Shown: positions 24,678-34,061 of the stretch, one piece after another
Layout of the letters: every line of letters begins with the position of its first letter
Numbering within the stretch: the first letter of the stretch is position 1
From: Candidatus Komeilibacteria bacterium
GTDB taxonomy: Bacteria > Patescibacteriota > Patescibacteriia > UBA1558 > GWA2-36-10
Length of the DNA: 64,000 nt
Reading direction: 5' to 3'
Assembly: GCA_018656065.1 (NCBI GenBank)
Contig: JABHZY010000015.1
Span: 5,622 to 69,621 of the forward strand
Program-made: the position numbers and the translations under genes
The notes under the pieces: model-generated
What the model was told of the DNA's origin: nothing
Databases searched by the model: none
What the model saw: only the letters and a program-made list of their open reading frames with translations

Positions 24678-24735
24678 GTCATCTCGAGCGTAGTCGAGAG
24701 ATCTTGATAGATTTCTCCGCTTCGGTCGAAATGAC
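24678..24735 (+). repeat. Family-A quasi-palindromic element, copy 3 (same orientation relative to transcription as copies 1-2)
   Basis: GTCATCTCGAGCGTAGTCGAGAGATCTTGATAGATTTCTCCGCTTCGGTCGAAATGAC. Lies between korA and korB. Confidence 0.8.
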
Positions 24736-24752
24736 AAATTAAAAATAAAATT

Positions 24753-25610
24753 ATGCAGGAAAAAGATTTTAACACAAGTTATGAACCAAGTTGGTGTCCA
24801 GGATGTGGAAATTTTGGCATATTCATAGCTTTAAAAAATGCCTTAGTAGAATTAGGGCTTAAGCCAGACAATGTTTTATTAGTAGCTGGCATTGGCTGTT
24901 CGGGCAATGGAGTTAATTTTCTCAAAGCTTACGGTTGGCATTCACTTCATGGTCGGGCACTTCCTACTGCAGTAGGAGCTAAGCTAGCTAATCAAAATAT
25001 GACGGTCATAGTTATGGCTGGTGATGGTGATAGTTATGGTGAAGGTATGGCTCATTTTATTCACGCTGTGCGTGGTAACGCTAATATCACTTATATTACA
25101 CACGACAATAGTTTGTATTCTTTGACTACTGGTCAATCAGCTCCAACTACAGATAAAGGTACTAGAACTAAATCTACTCCAGATGGTTTGATAGAAGTAA
25201 GAGCCAATCCAATGAGCTTAGCTTTATCCGCTGGAGGCGGTTTTGTGTCTCGTGGTTTTTCTGGTCAAGCTGATCATCTTACTAGTTTAATTAAAAAAGC
25301 TATTAACCACGAAGGATTTTCATTAGTCGACGTTTTTCAACCTTGCGTGACTTTTAATAAGATAAATACTTTTAAATATTATCTTGATAGATTATATAAT
25401 TTAGATGAGCAATCTAATTATAAAGCAAATAATCTAGAAGCGGCTCATAAAGAAGCACTTGTCTGGGGTAATAAAATTCCTTATGGATTGTTTTATCAAG
25501 ATAAGCGTCGTAGTTATGGCGACCATCTACCACAACTCAAAGGTCAGCCTTTAGCTAAACGACCAGTTAAAGTTAGAAATATTGATCAATTAACTCGTGA
25601 GTTTGCTTAA
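24753..25610 (+). CDS. korB: 2-oxoacid:ferredoxin oxidoreductase, beta (TPP-binding) subunit
   Basis: WCPGCGNFG and GDGDSYGEG (TPP motif). Confidence 0.85.
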   Translation: MQEKDFNTSYEPSWCPGCGNFGIFIALKNALVELGLKPDNVLLVAGIGCSGNGVNFLKAYGWHSLHGRALPTAVGAKLANQNMTVIVMAGDGDSYGEGMAHFIHAVRGNANITYITHDNSLYSLTTGQSAPTTDKGTRTKSTPDGLIEVRANPMSLALSAGGGFVSRGFSGQADHLTSLIKKAINHEGFSLVDVFQPCVTFNKINTFKYYLDRLYNLDEQSNYKANNLEAAHKEALVWGNKIPYGLFYQDKRRSYGDHLPQLKGQPLAKRPVKVRNIDQLTREFA

Positions 25611-25616
25611 ACAGTT

Positions 25617-26510
25617 ATGATGTTTTTTCGGAACAGACAACCCATTCGACTACGCTCTCGTTCGAGCCTGAGCGACGAGGTCGTCAGGCCTCAGAGCCGA
25701 ACGGCAGGGCAAGCGGGATTCACTATGCTGCAATTGATTATTGTGGTAGCTATTATTTTGGTATTATCGGCAGCTGTTTTTACGTGGATTGATCCAGTAG
25801 CCAAGATAGGGGAGACTAAAAATAATAAAAGAACACAAGACATAAATATTATAGCTACGGCCATTGCCGAATATAGTGGAGATCACAAAGGAGTTTTGCC
25901 AGTTATAGGAGAAGTGGCTACTAGCACTAAAAAAGTTTTATGTTCATCTCAGAGTGGCTCAACTTTGGACTGTGATGGCGATAGTGCTATTTGTTTGAAG
26001 GTTGATGATCCGGATTTTTACAAATATTTATCTGAATTTCCTTATGATCCAGATAAAGATAGCAGTGAAGACACTGGCTATTATTTATTTAAAGATAGTA
26101 ATGGACAATTAGAGGTGGGTGCTTGTGATACTTATGATAATGAGTCTATTTCTCGCACATTATCAATTAAGGTAACTTGTCCGGCTTATGCTGGAGGGGA
26201 GTGTTGGTATGTATCATATGATAGGGTAGGAGATGATTGTGACGATGTTTGTGCTGAGTATAATTTAACTTGTGTAAATAATGCTGTTTATGGCCCAGAT
26301 GTTGATAGTGAAGAAACGGGTTTTTGTGCATTAAACCAAGCTTTTGGTTATATGGGTGAGTTGAGATGTGCCTCTGGCTGTTCTTCCAGTGATAGTTCCT
26401 CTGGACCACCGGCAAATCAAAATGGTGCTTCAGCCTGTTATTATCGTACACATCCGGTTGTTTGTTCTGGCTCAACTTCTGGATTTTTCTCAGTTTGTCC
26501 TTGCGAGTAG
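25617..26510 (+). CDS. Prepilin-like protein with long unusual leader and Cys-rich C-terminal domain
   Basis: AGQAG/FTMLQLIIVVAIILVLSAAVF resembles the G/FTLIE class III signal, with Gln at +5. The C-terminal 130 aa contain many Cys. Confidence 0.6.
   Translation: MMFFRNRQPIRLRSRSSLSDEVVRPQSRTAGQAGFTMLQLIIVVAIILVLSAAVFTWIDPVAKIGETKNNKRTQDINIIATAIAEYSGDHKGVLPVIGEVATSTKKVLCSSQSGSTLDCDGDSAICLKVDDPDFYKYLSEFPYDPDKDSSEDTGYYLFKDSNGQLEVGACDTYDNESISRTLSIKVTCPAYAGGECWYVSYDRVGDDCDDVCAEYNLTCVNNAVYGPDVDSEETGFCALNQAFGYMGELRCASGCSSSDSSSGPPANQNGASACYYRTHPVVCSGSTSGFFSVCPCE
25629..25718 (+). repeat. GC-rich nested-palindrome element lying inside the 5' coding end of the prepilin-like gene
   Basis: Contains CATTCGACTACGCTC (the family-C core) and CCTGAGCGA (its reverse complement). 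Nested stems are CGAC-GAG-GTCG, GCCTGA...TCAGGC and CGTTCG...CGAACG. Confidence 0.65.
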
Positions 26511-26526
26511 TATTATTTTTTTTAAA

Positions 26527-26576
26527 AGCTCTATTGTTAGGTAGAGTTTTTTTGTTTATTTGATTTGTGGTATAAT
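26527..26576 (+). repeat. Terminator-promoter junction ahead of the giant surface-protein gene
   Basis: GCTCTA-TTGTTAGG-TAGAGT, then TTTTTTTGTTTATTTGATTTG-TGGTATAAT (TATAAT at 26571-26576). Confidence 0.55.
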
Positions 26577-26603
26577 AAACCAATATAAAGTAATAAATTT
26601 ATT

Positions 26604-29600
26604 ATGATTTTAGATCGAATTCAACACTATCTAGGTATTATTTTTTTCACTACCTTAGTACTTACTCAAGCTTTAATTTTTGTAGCGGTTAGCGCTTCTA
26701 ATAATGATGAAACATTGCCAGTAGTTTTTGTAGAGCCCATTAGTGAAAATATGAATATTGGAGATAGCGTTTATTTTCAAGCCATGATTTCTGATCAAGA
26801 AGATCAGCAATATGATTTGGTTTATTTTAATCTTAAAAATTTCGCCACAGGTTTAGATGAAAATTATCAAGCTAGTTTGGTAGATGATGGCACTTGGACA
26901 GCCCAAAATATTTGGGATACTGACGATGCTTATCAGCCAGGACAATATTATTTATCAGTTGTAGCTCATGAGAATTTAGGTGATTTACCAGTTGATATTT
27001 ATTACTCTCAAGAAAAACTTATTAATCTAAATGGAGAATATCAAATTGCTGCTTTGGGTGATCCAGTATTTTTTGGTTATCCTGTAGCTGGTGATAGTAT
27101 TAATGCTATAACAGAGCCTAATTTAACGGCTGTATTGTATATAGATACCTTGATTAGTCAACAGGTAGGTGATATGAGATTTGAATTACGAGGGCAGATT
27201 GAAACTGACGACGACGACGGTAATCCAACATTTTTTGTATTACCCTTTAATGGCTTCGCTGATCATATTGAATCAGGCGGTGATTACCCTGGTTATGACA
27301 GGTGGGAATCTGATATTAGTATATTACTTGTGGAGGAGGGTTTTTATTCTATAACTGTTACTGCAACGGGCGGTGGTGTAATTTTAGACCCTAGTGTAGA
27401 GGTTTTTGAAATATTCAGACCCATGCAGGGAATACCACTAACTGGAGATATAGATGTCATTTCGCCAATATCAGGACAAGAATTTAGTATTACAGATACT
27501 ATGAATATCCAAGTAGAGACAGCTCCGGAAGATTCTGAAGCATATGCCGTCGTGGCAGAAATTCATCATAATAACGCTGGTCTTATTTTAGAGACAGTAT
27601 TAGCATTAGATGGTAATCAGCACAGCATTTTAGTAGATTTTGATGAGCATATAGTAGGTGATGATGGAAGCGGAGGCACGGATTTAGACAGTATTTTTTT
27701 TACAGGCGATTATAATATACAATTTTATTTAGCATCACGTGATGATCCGAATGCAGATAGAATTGCAAAAGATAGAATTGCTTTTTCTATATTTGATGAA
27801 GAGCCGGAACCAGTTTATGAAATAATTCCAAATAGTCCTTTGCCTGACTCTATTGTGGAAGGTAATGATTTAGCTTTAAATTTTACTACTAGTTTTGAGG
27901 CTGACAATTTTAATTTTGTTTTAGTTAAGGATGGAGATACCACTGAAGGAATAGACCACGTTATTGATTTAGTAGCCGGTGGTACTTCCTGGCAATATAG
28001 TGTCTCGGCCGAGAATAATGGTTTAAGCAATGGTAGATATATATTGTCAGCTTCTGTTGATAATATAGAGGGAGCTACGGTTAATTTAGAGCCATTTACT
28101 TTTTATTGGGAAATTACAGAGGATGAAGTTGAGCCAAATTTAATTTCTTATCAACCGCCTGGAGGACAATTAGGATTGGGAGGCGTATTAGTAGCCAGCT
28201 CTAATATCTTAGATATTGATTTTATTTTACGCGGTGTAGCAGGCATGGAGAATGCATATTATTTGGAACACAACTTAGTTGATTGTAGTAGCGAAATATT
28301 TTTTACGTCTGAGATGAGAGAACTTATGGAGCTCGCAGGCCATGATTATTGTTTTTATTCTACTATTTCGTCTGATGTAGCTACAGAGATAGTAAATGGG
28401 AATTATAATTTTTATATTGAATATATAACAACGGGGTTTACTAGTTCTAGTACCCCGGTGCTTTTAACATATTTTAATGAACTAAGTTTAGATGAGGATT
28501 TATTCGGTACCTTGGAAATTGATTCTGCATTTGCAGGAGAGAGCTCAATAGAAATTACGTTTGCAGACCAAATTTACGAAGGTGTGTTTTTCCTTGAAAA
28601 TATAGAAGATCAAACACTTTATAATTTTGATAATATTGCTTTTTCATTACAGAATAATTATTACGTAGCGCTTGAGTTTAGTCGTATTAGCATTCCTATA
28701 GGCACCTATAAAATTTATTTTAAAACATTTATAGATGGTGAGGCTAAATGGACAAATCACTTACCTTATTTTTTTAAAGTAGATGTTGATGAATCTAAAT
28801 TTATACCTGAGAATGAAGAAGAATTATCTGAACCTGGATCATATAGAATTTATAGATTGGTTGATGAAAAAAGTGGTGATTTTGATTTATTAATTGCTTC
28901 AAACTTATCTAGTGATAGTCTAGAAGTAGAATTAAAACATTTAGATTCTGAAGAAGTCTTTAGTTTTATTGTTGAACAATCTTCTTGGGCAGCGATGGAT
29001 GCCTTGGGTGTGGCTCATGGACTTATTACTGATGTACCTTTTGCTTATATTCGGGAAGGAGTTGATTCTACTCTTTTGCCAAATGGTTCATATAGTCTTT
29101 CAATTGGAAATACTCCGGTTGCTTCATTGGTAGTTAGAATAAATAATAGAACAGAAGATGAAAATGAAGACAATGAAGAAGAACAAAATGATTCAGAAGA
29201 AAGTGATGATCATTCAATAGCAGAAGATATAGTGATTGATTATTATAGTACTTGTATAGAACAAGGCATATCAGATGAAGAGACCTGTATGTGGTTTAGG
29301 GCAACTATGGATTTATTAGATCAGACTTGTATAGAACAAGGTATATATGAAGATGTGGCTTGTGAAGATTACTTATTTAGAATTGAAACTGATTTAGAAT
29401 GTCAGGCAAATAATGTGATTGATAGAGAAGAATGTAAAAATTATTTATTAGAAAAATATGGAGGGCAAGTTGATTGTCAGTTGGATGATATGAATTTATG
29501 TAATAGCATTTTGCGAAATGAATATCTCAATAGATTGGTATCTGGACAGCGTTTGAGTAATAATATTAATCAGGCGGTTGATTCATTGCTCGGTAAAAAT

Positions 29601-30431
29601 ATTAGTACACAAGAATTAAGTGATAGTTTAGAGAGTAGAGGTATAGATAGTCTAGAGGTTTTACCGCTACCACCAAGTAATAGTACTAAAGTCTTAGTAG
29701 CTAAAGCACAAAAAGAAATAGTCCTTGAAGAAAAAGACAAGTTAACCATTCTCAATCAGGCCGTTATTATTTTAGATGCAGATGGCGATGGGCTTTCTGA
29801 TGATTTAGAAAAATATTATGGTACGGAAGTTAATAACTCAGATACTGACGGAGATGGTTATTCAGATGGTGAGGAAATTAGCAATGGTTATGATCCTTTG
29901 GGGCCTGGTAAATTAATTAAAGAGAGAACAGATTTTGATAAAGTTACACTAGATGATGAAAAAATTATCGAACAACCAAAAGTAAAATCTAATAAGATTG
30001 ACAGGGTTATGAGAGTGACTGATGTTGATACTTCTGAAGAAGAATTAAAGTTGACTGGTAAGGCAGAGGCTAATTCCTGGGTTAATCTATATTTATATAG
30101 TGGCTTACCATTAGTAATGACTACTAAAACAGACGCTAGTGGTAACTGGTCATATGATATTAAAAATTCTTTAACTGATGGTCATCACAGAGTTTTTGTA
30201 ACAGTTAATGATGATACAGGTAAGATAGTTAAGCAATCAAGACCAATATCATTCTTAATTAAAGAGGCAAAAGCGGTGACAGCTGATGATTATTTTGATG
30301 AAGCCTCTAGTTCCACAGCGGTAAATAATCTATTTATATATTATATATTAGGAGGAGCCTTTTTAGTATTTTTAGCCTTAGGAGCTATAATTTATCTGCA
30401 TAAAGGTAAAAATCAAAATTTAGAAATATAA
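26604..30431 (+). CDS. 1275-aa cell-surface protein (signal/anchor N-terminus, Cys-rich repeats, Ca-binding TSP3-like repeats, Ig-like domain, C-terminal TM anchor)
   Basis: DADGDGLSDDLE...DTDGDGYSDGEE, repeated TCIEQGI..E..C, and the C-terminal TM LFIYYILGGAFLVFLALGAIIYL. Confidence 0.7.
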   Translation: MILDRIQHYLGIIFFTTLVLTQALIFVAVSASNNDETLPVVFVEPISENMNIGDSVYFQAMISDQEDQQYDLVYFNLKNFATGLDENYQASLVDDGTWTAQNIWDTDDAYQPGQYYLSVVAHENLGDLPVDIYYSQEKLINLNGEYQIAALGDPVFFGYPVAGDSINAITEPNLTAVLYIDTLISQQVGDMRFELRGQIETDDDDGNPTFFVLPFNGFADHIESGGDYPGYDRWESDISILLVEEGFYSITVTATGGGVILDPSVEVFEIFRPMQGIPLTGDIDVISPISGQEFSITDTMNIQVETAPEDSEAYAVVAEIHHNNAGLILETVLALDGNQHSILVDFDEHIVGDDGSGGTDLDSIFFTGDYNIQFYLASRDDPNADRIAKDRIAFSIFDEEPEPVYEIIPNSPLPDSIVEGNDLALNFTTSFEADNFNFVLVKDGDTTEGIDHVIDLVAGGTSWQYSVSAENNGLSNGRYILSASVDNIEGATVNLEPFTFYWEITEDEVEPNLISYQPPGGQLGLGGVLVASSNILDIDFILRGVAGMENAYYLEHNLVDCSSEIFFTSEMRELMELAGHDYCFYSTISSDVATEIVNGNYNFYIEYITTGFTSSSTPVLLTYFNELSLDEDLFGTLEIDSAFAGESSIEITFADQIYEGVFFLENIEDQTLYNFDNIAFSLQNNYYVALEFSRISIPIGTYKIYFKTFIDGEAKWTNHLPYFFKVDVDESKFIPENEEELSEPGSYRIYRLVDEKSGDFDLLIASNLSSDSLEVELKHLDSEEVFSFIVEQSSWAAMDALGVAHGLITDVPFAYIREGVDSTLLPNGSYSLSIGNTPVASLVVRINNRTEDENEDNEEEQNDSEESDDHSIAEDIVIDYYSTCIEQGISDEETCMWFRATMDLLDQTCIEQGIYEDVACEDYLFRIETDLECQANNVIDREECKNYLLEKYGGQVDCQLDDMNLCNSILRNEYLNRLVSGQRLSNNINQAVDSLLGKNISTQELSDSLESRGIDSLEVLPLPPSNSTKVLVAKAQKEIVLEEKDKLTILNQAVIILDADGDGLSDDLEKYYGTEVNNSDTDGDGYSDGEEISNGYDPLGPGKLIKERTDFDKVTLDDEKIIEQPKVKSNKIDRVMRVTDVDTSEEELKLTGKAEANSWVNLYLYSGLPLVMTTKTDASGNWSYDIKNSLTDGHHRVFVTVNDDTGKIVKQSRPISFLIKEAKAVTADDYFDEASSSTAVNNLFIYYILGGAFLVFLALGAIIYLHKGKNQNLEI

Positions 30432-30434
30432 TTC

Positions 30435-31838
30435 ATGCCAAAAATTAAAAATACTTTTTTACTTAGGCAAAGTCATCAGGTAATATATGCTATTGTCCTA
30501 ATTCTTTTGATTCCCTTGGCGATTATTTTGAATACTATTTGGTCTGTAAAATCTTTTCAGACTAATATTGACATATCTTTACAGAGACAAGCTTTGATGA
30601 TTGGGCAACTTTTTGATAGTGCTGTTTATAATGACTTAGATTCATTAGAGGAAATGCAGGCTCGGGTGAAGAGTATAGAAAATTCAGGAGTAGAGGTGCG
30701 TAATTTTGATATATTAGTTAAAGAGGGCGATGATTTTAGGATAGCAGCAAGTTTTGATGAAGAAATTATTGGCAATTCTACTAATGATTTAAATTATGTG
30801 ATTGCCTGGCATCAAAATGAAGCAGTGGCCACATTAGTGTCAGGCGCTTTGAATGCCGGAGAAGACTCAGAGCGTCTTTGGGAGATAGCTATGCCACTTA
30901 AAAATTCTCAAGGCGAGAAAGAAGCTTTGCTTAGTTTGCGATTATCATTAAAGCTTATTGATGAATTAGTTAGAGATACATTAACACAATCTTATGCCAT
31001 ATTATCTATTACAGTTTTAATTGTTATTTTACTGTTAGCTCTTAATACTAGATTATTTGAGCATGCTATATTATTTAGGAAACTCAAAGAAGTAGACAAG
31101 ATGAAAGATGAGTTTATTTCCATTGCTTCTCATGAGTTAAGGACACCTATTACCACTTTGAAGGGATTTGTGTCCATGGCTATCGAGGGCGATTACGGTG
31201 AACTTAATGAACAGGGCAGAAAAGGCTTTAAAATCATGGAAGCGTCAGCCAATCGACTAGGTGCTTTAGTTGAAGATCTTCTGAATGTTAGTCGAATAGA
31301 ACAGAATCGCTTATCTATATCACCTAAAATAATTGATTTATCAAATATACTAGAAAGTTTAGAAGCAGAATTTGAATTTCGTGTTCAAGAAAAAGGTCTT
31401 AAGTTTAAATTAGTTAAAGAAGGAAAATTACCCAATGTTTGGGCTGACGAAGATAAACTTAGACAAATCTTGGTTAACTTGATTGGTAATGCAGTTAAAT
31501 ATACTAAACAGGGTGAAATAGAATTGATAGCTAAAATAGATGACACTAAATTTGTTACTTTAAATGTTAAAGATACTGGCTTAGGTATGAATGCCAAAGA
31601 GAGAGAGGGGCTATTTGAAAAATTCTATCGTATTCAAGATGCAGAGACTAAAGGTATTGTAGGTACAGGCTTAGGACTTTGGATTACTAAGCAGTTAGTA
31701 GAGCTCATGGGTGGAAATATTTATGTAGACAGTATTAAACATGTTGGTTCGCAGTTTTATTTTACAGTGCCAGTTTATAATGAGTTAGTTCATAAAACCA
31801 AAGGATCCGAAGAGCTTAAGCAAATAGTCAAAAAATAA
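30435..31838 (+). CDS. Sensor histidine kinase (no cognate response regulator adjacent)
   Basis: H-box SIASHELRTPIT, N-box LIGNAVKYT, and G-boxes DTGLGM and GTGLGLWI. Two TM helices bracket a 150-aa extracytoplasmic loop. Confidence 0.85.
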   Translation: MPKIKNTFLLRQSHQVIYAIVLILLIPLAIILNTIWSVKSFQTNIDISLQRQALMIGQLFDSAVYNDLDSLEEMQARVKSIENSGVEVRNFDILVKEGDDFRIAASFDEEIIGNSTNDLNYVIAWHQNEAVATLVSGALNAGEDSERLWEIAMPLKNSQGEKEALLSLRLSLKLIDELVRDTLTQSYAILSITVLIVILLLALNTRLFEHAILFRKLKEVDKMKDEFISIASHELRTPITTLKGFVSMAIEGDYGELNEQGRKGFKIMEASANRLGALVEDLLNVSRIEQNRLSISPKIIDLSNILESLEAEFEFRVQEKGLKFKLVKEGKLPNVWADEDKLRQILVNLIGNAVKYTKQGEIELIAKIDDTKFVTLNVKDTGLGMNAKEREGLFEKFYRIQDAETKGIVGTGLGLWITKQLVELMGGNIYVDSIKHVGSQFYFTVPVYNELVHKTKGSEELKQIVKK

Positions 31839-31846
31839 TTTATATT

Positions 31847-31880
31847 AAAAAACACCCATTCGACTACGCTCAGGGTGTTT
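31847..31880. terminator. Bidirectional terminator with conserved 15-nt loop ATTCGACTACGCTCA
   Basis: Stem ACACCC (31852-31857) / GGGTGT (31873-31878), flanked by an A-run and a T-run. Confidence 0.7.
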
Positions 31881-32528
31881 TTATTTTAGTTTAGCTAAGG
31901 CTTCTTTGATGCTATCAGCTTTTTGAAAATACGATCCAGGGCAGACTATATTGGCGCCAGCTTTAGTGATAGCCTTAAAAGTTTTATCATTAACTGCGCC
32001 ATCCACCTCTATATTGATGTTAGGATATTTATAGCGCAAAGCTTTTATTTTAGTGATTACCTTAGATTGAAATTTTTGACCTTGTTTGCCAGGAGTGACA
32101 CCCATGATTTGTATTGTATCAAAGTCAGAAATTATATTTTTGATACTAGCTAGTGATGTATTAGGATTGATGGCCAGGCCGGTTTTTATTTTTTTATTTT
32201 TTAAATAATTATTGATAGCAGCTATACGCTGAGTATTTTTATTGGCTTCGTAATGCCAAATAATTTTTTTAACATTTTTAAGCTTAGCCCAGCGAGTTAT
32301 ATATTTACTAACTCCATCTACCATTAGATGAATTTCTAATTTATGTTTTTTAGTCAGTAGACGCACAGTTTCAGGAGTAATAGAATTTTTTTGTTTAGTA
32401 AATTCTCCATCCATAATATCTATTTGAGCGTAGCTAAAATAAGGGCTGATTTTTTTCCAGTGCTTGATAAATTCAGCTTTATTTTTTGATAGTATAGAAG
32501 GAATTATTTTTATTTTCTTTTTAGGCAT
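31881..32528 (-). CDS. rpe: Ribulose-phosphate 3-epimerase-like
   Basis: PSILS, DIMDGEF, HLMV and VDGAVN motifs in the expected order. Confidence 0.7.
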   Translation of the reverse strand: MPKKKIKIIPSILSKNKAEFIKHWKKISPYFSYAQIDIMDGEFTKQKNSITPETVRLLTKKHKLEIHLMVDGVSKYITRWAKLKNVKKIIWHYEANKNTQRIAAINNYLKNKKIKTGLAINPNTSLASIKNIISDFDTIQIMGVTPGKQGQKFQSKVITKIKALRYKYPNINIEVDGAVNDKTFKAITKAGANIVCPGSYFQKADSIKEALAKLK

Positions 32529-32958
32529 ATTTTTTTAGTATATAAAGTGCCATATTACGTACGTTATCAGGACAATTTTTTAATTTTTTTATATCTTCTT
32601 TTCCTAGCCAAGCTATGTCATGACTTTCATGACTTTTAATTAATTTGGTATTTTTTGTTTTACAAGCATAAAATAGCGCCCAATGATCGTGATCACCTAC
32701 ACTGTGAAAGCTGGTATGAAATGGGAAGGCACTAGGAGTTAATTCTTCTTTTGCTTTTCCTAAAGGAGAGTATTCTAAGAATTCTACTTCTAGACCAGTT
32801 TCTTCCATAGCTTCTCGAAGAGCTGCTTGATCTGGTGTTTCATCTGGATCTATGTGTCCACCGGGAAAAAGCCAAAGATTCAGCTTGGTATGCAAGACAA
32901 AAAGAATTTTATCTTCATTTATTATGCAAGTGCCGACTGTTAGGTCTATTTTAGACAT
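32521..32958 (-). CDS. NUDIX hydrolase
   Basis: Nudix box GGHIDPDETPDQAALREAMEETGL fits Gx5Ex7REUxEExGU. Confidence 0.85.
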   Translation of the reverse strand: MSKIDLTVGTCIINEDKILFVLHTKLNLWLFPGGHIDPDETPDQAALREAMEETGLEVEFLEYSPLGKAKEELTPSAFPFHTSFHSVGDHDHWALFYACKTKNTKLIKSHESHDIAWLGKEDIKKLKNCPDNVRNMALYILKKYA

Positions 32959-33382
32959 TGATTTTTTTAATACGTCTTTTGTAGCGAGCTAAATTACCAA
33001 AATCAGTTGATAGCCAAGCTTTGACAACTTGTAAAGCTTTTTGATTGGTGAGCCTCCAAGCAGGTAAGCATAAAATATTAGCATCATCATCGTGGCGAGC
33101 TCGGCGAGCGGCTGCTGATGACCAACCTAGAATGGCTCGAATGTTTTTAAACTTATTAGCTACTATAGACATGCCTTGTCCAGAGCCACAGAGGAGTATG
33201 CCAGTAGCATTTTTGGATCTTTGAACTTTCTTAGCTACCAGTTTGGCAAAATCAGGATAATCGTCAGTTGGTTTAAATTTTGTATTGCCCAAATCAGTAT
33301 ATTTGATATTTTTATCATCAAAATATTTTTTGAGGTATTCTTTGGTTTTAAAACCATTATGGTCTGCTCCAAGATATATCAT
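32951..33382 (-). CDS. rpiB: Ribose-5-phosphate isomerase B (RpiB/LacAB family)
   Basis: MIYLGADHNGF and LLCGSGQGMSIVANK. Confidence 0.85.
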   Translation of the reverse strand: MIYLGADHNGFKTKEYLKKYFDDKNIKYTDLGNTKFKPTDDYPDFAKLVAKKVQRSKNATGILLCGSGQGMSIVANKFKNIRAILGWSSAAARRARHDDDANILCLPAWRLTNQKALQVVKAWLSTDFGNLARYKRRIKKINV

Positions 33383-33386
33383 ATAT

Positions 33387-33773
33387 TTATCTTAATTTTA
33401 AAGATTTTGATTTTCGTGAAATAGCAAATATACCTAGCACAGATATATAGGTAGCCTTAAATTCAGTGGCTAATGTATATTGATTTTTATCGATGGCAGT
33501 CATTAGTACAAATATCAGTATTATTAATGTCCAAGCAATTACAAAGATTTCTCCATAATAACGAGAAAGAAATTTTTTATTTTTCCAGCGATTGAATTCT
33601 TTTAAGCCAGTAAATATAGATAGTATAGACAAATAGATTATACTAGCGTCTGCCAAAACATGAGATAGATCATAATATCTGAAAAATGTTAGTAAAAAGA
33701 ATATAGCAGTTATTATACCCCAAAGATCACTTAGTACTTTCCAAAAAAATAATTCTTTATTGTTTCTTTTCAT
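33387..33773 (-). CDS. Hypothetical 4-TM membrane protein
   Basis: 128-aa hydrophobic ORF with no motif. Confidence 0.5.
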   Translation of the reverse strand: MKRNNKELFFWKVLSDLWGIITAIFFLLTFFRYYDLSHVLADASIIYLSILSIFTGLKEFNRWKNKKFLSRYYGEIFVIAWTLIILIFVLMTAIDKNQYTLATEFKATYISVLGIFAISRKSKSLKLR

Positions 33774-33786
33774 GTCTTTATTTTAG

Positions 33787-33820
33787 CACCCGCCTAGACT
33801 CGAGTCCAGTCGGGGCTGGT
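33787..33820 (+). repeat. Family-F GC-rich element, copy 1 (CACCCGCCTAGACTCG-N11-GGCTGGT)
   Basis: The 16-nt and 7-nt blocks are identical to those at 39943-39976, while the centre differs. Confidence 0.6.
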
Positions 33821-33828
33821 ATTTTATC

Positions 33829-33857
33829 TTGACTTAAAAGCAATTTATTGTTATAGT
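33829..33857 (+). promoter_or_regulatory. Promoter of the tRNA pair
   Basis: TTGACT (33829-33834)-N17-TATAGT (33852-33857), 20 nt before tRNA-Arg. Confidence 0.5.
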
Positions 33858-33877
33858 TGTTCGTGTTTAAAATATCC

Positions 33878-33952
33878 GCTCCCATAGTTCAACGGATAGA
33901 ACAGCGGCCTTCTAAGCCGTAGATGTAGGTTCGATTCCTACTGGGGGTACCA
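33878..33952 (+). tRNA. tRNA-Arg (anticodon UCU), CCA encoded
   Basis: Hand-folded cloverleaf. Acceptor GCTCCCA/TGGGGGT (2 G-U pairs), D stem GTTC/GAAC, anticodon stem GCGGC/GCCGT, loop CTTCTAA, T arm GTAGG-TTCGATT-CCTAC. Confidence 0.85.
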
Positions 33953-33985
33953 TTTTATTTTGAGTAAGTAAAATTTATTAACCAT

Positions 33986-34061
33986 GGTGCCCATGGTGTA
34001 ACGGTTAACACAGCGGCTTGTGGTGCCGCTAATGAGGGTTCGATTCCCTCTGGGCACCCCA
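33986..34061 (+). tRNA. tRNA-His (anticodon GUG) with encoded G-1 and CCA
   Basis: Acceptor GTGCCCA/TGGGCAC, with an extra 5' G opposite discriminator C. D stem GTGT/ACAC, anticodon loop TTGTGGT, T arm GAGGG-TTCGATT-CCCTC. Confidence 0.85.
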
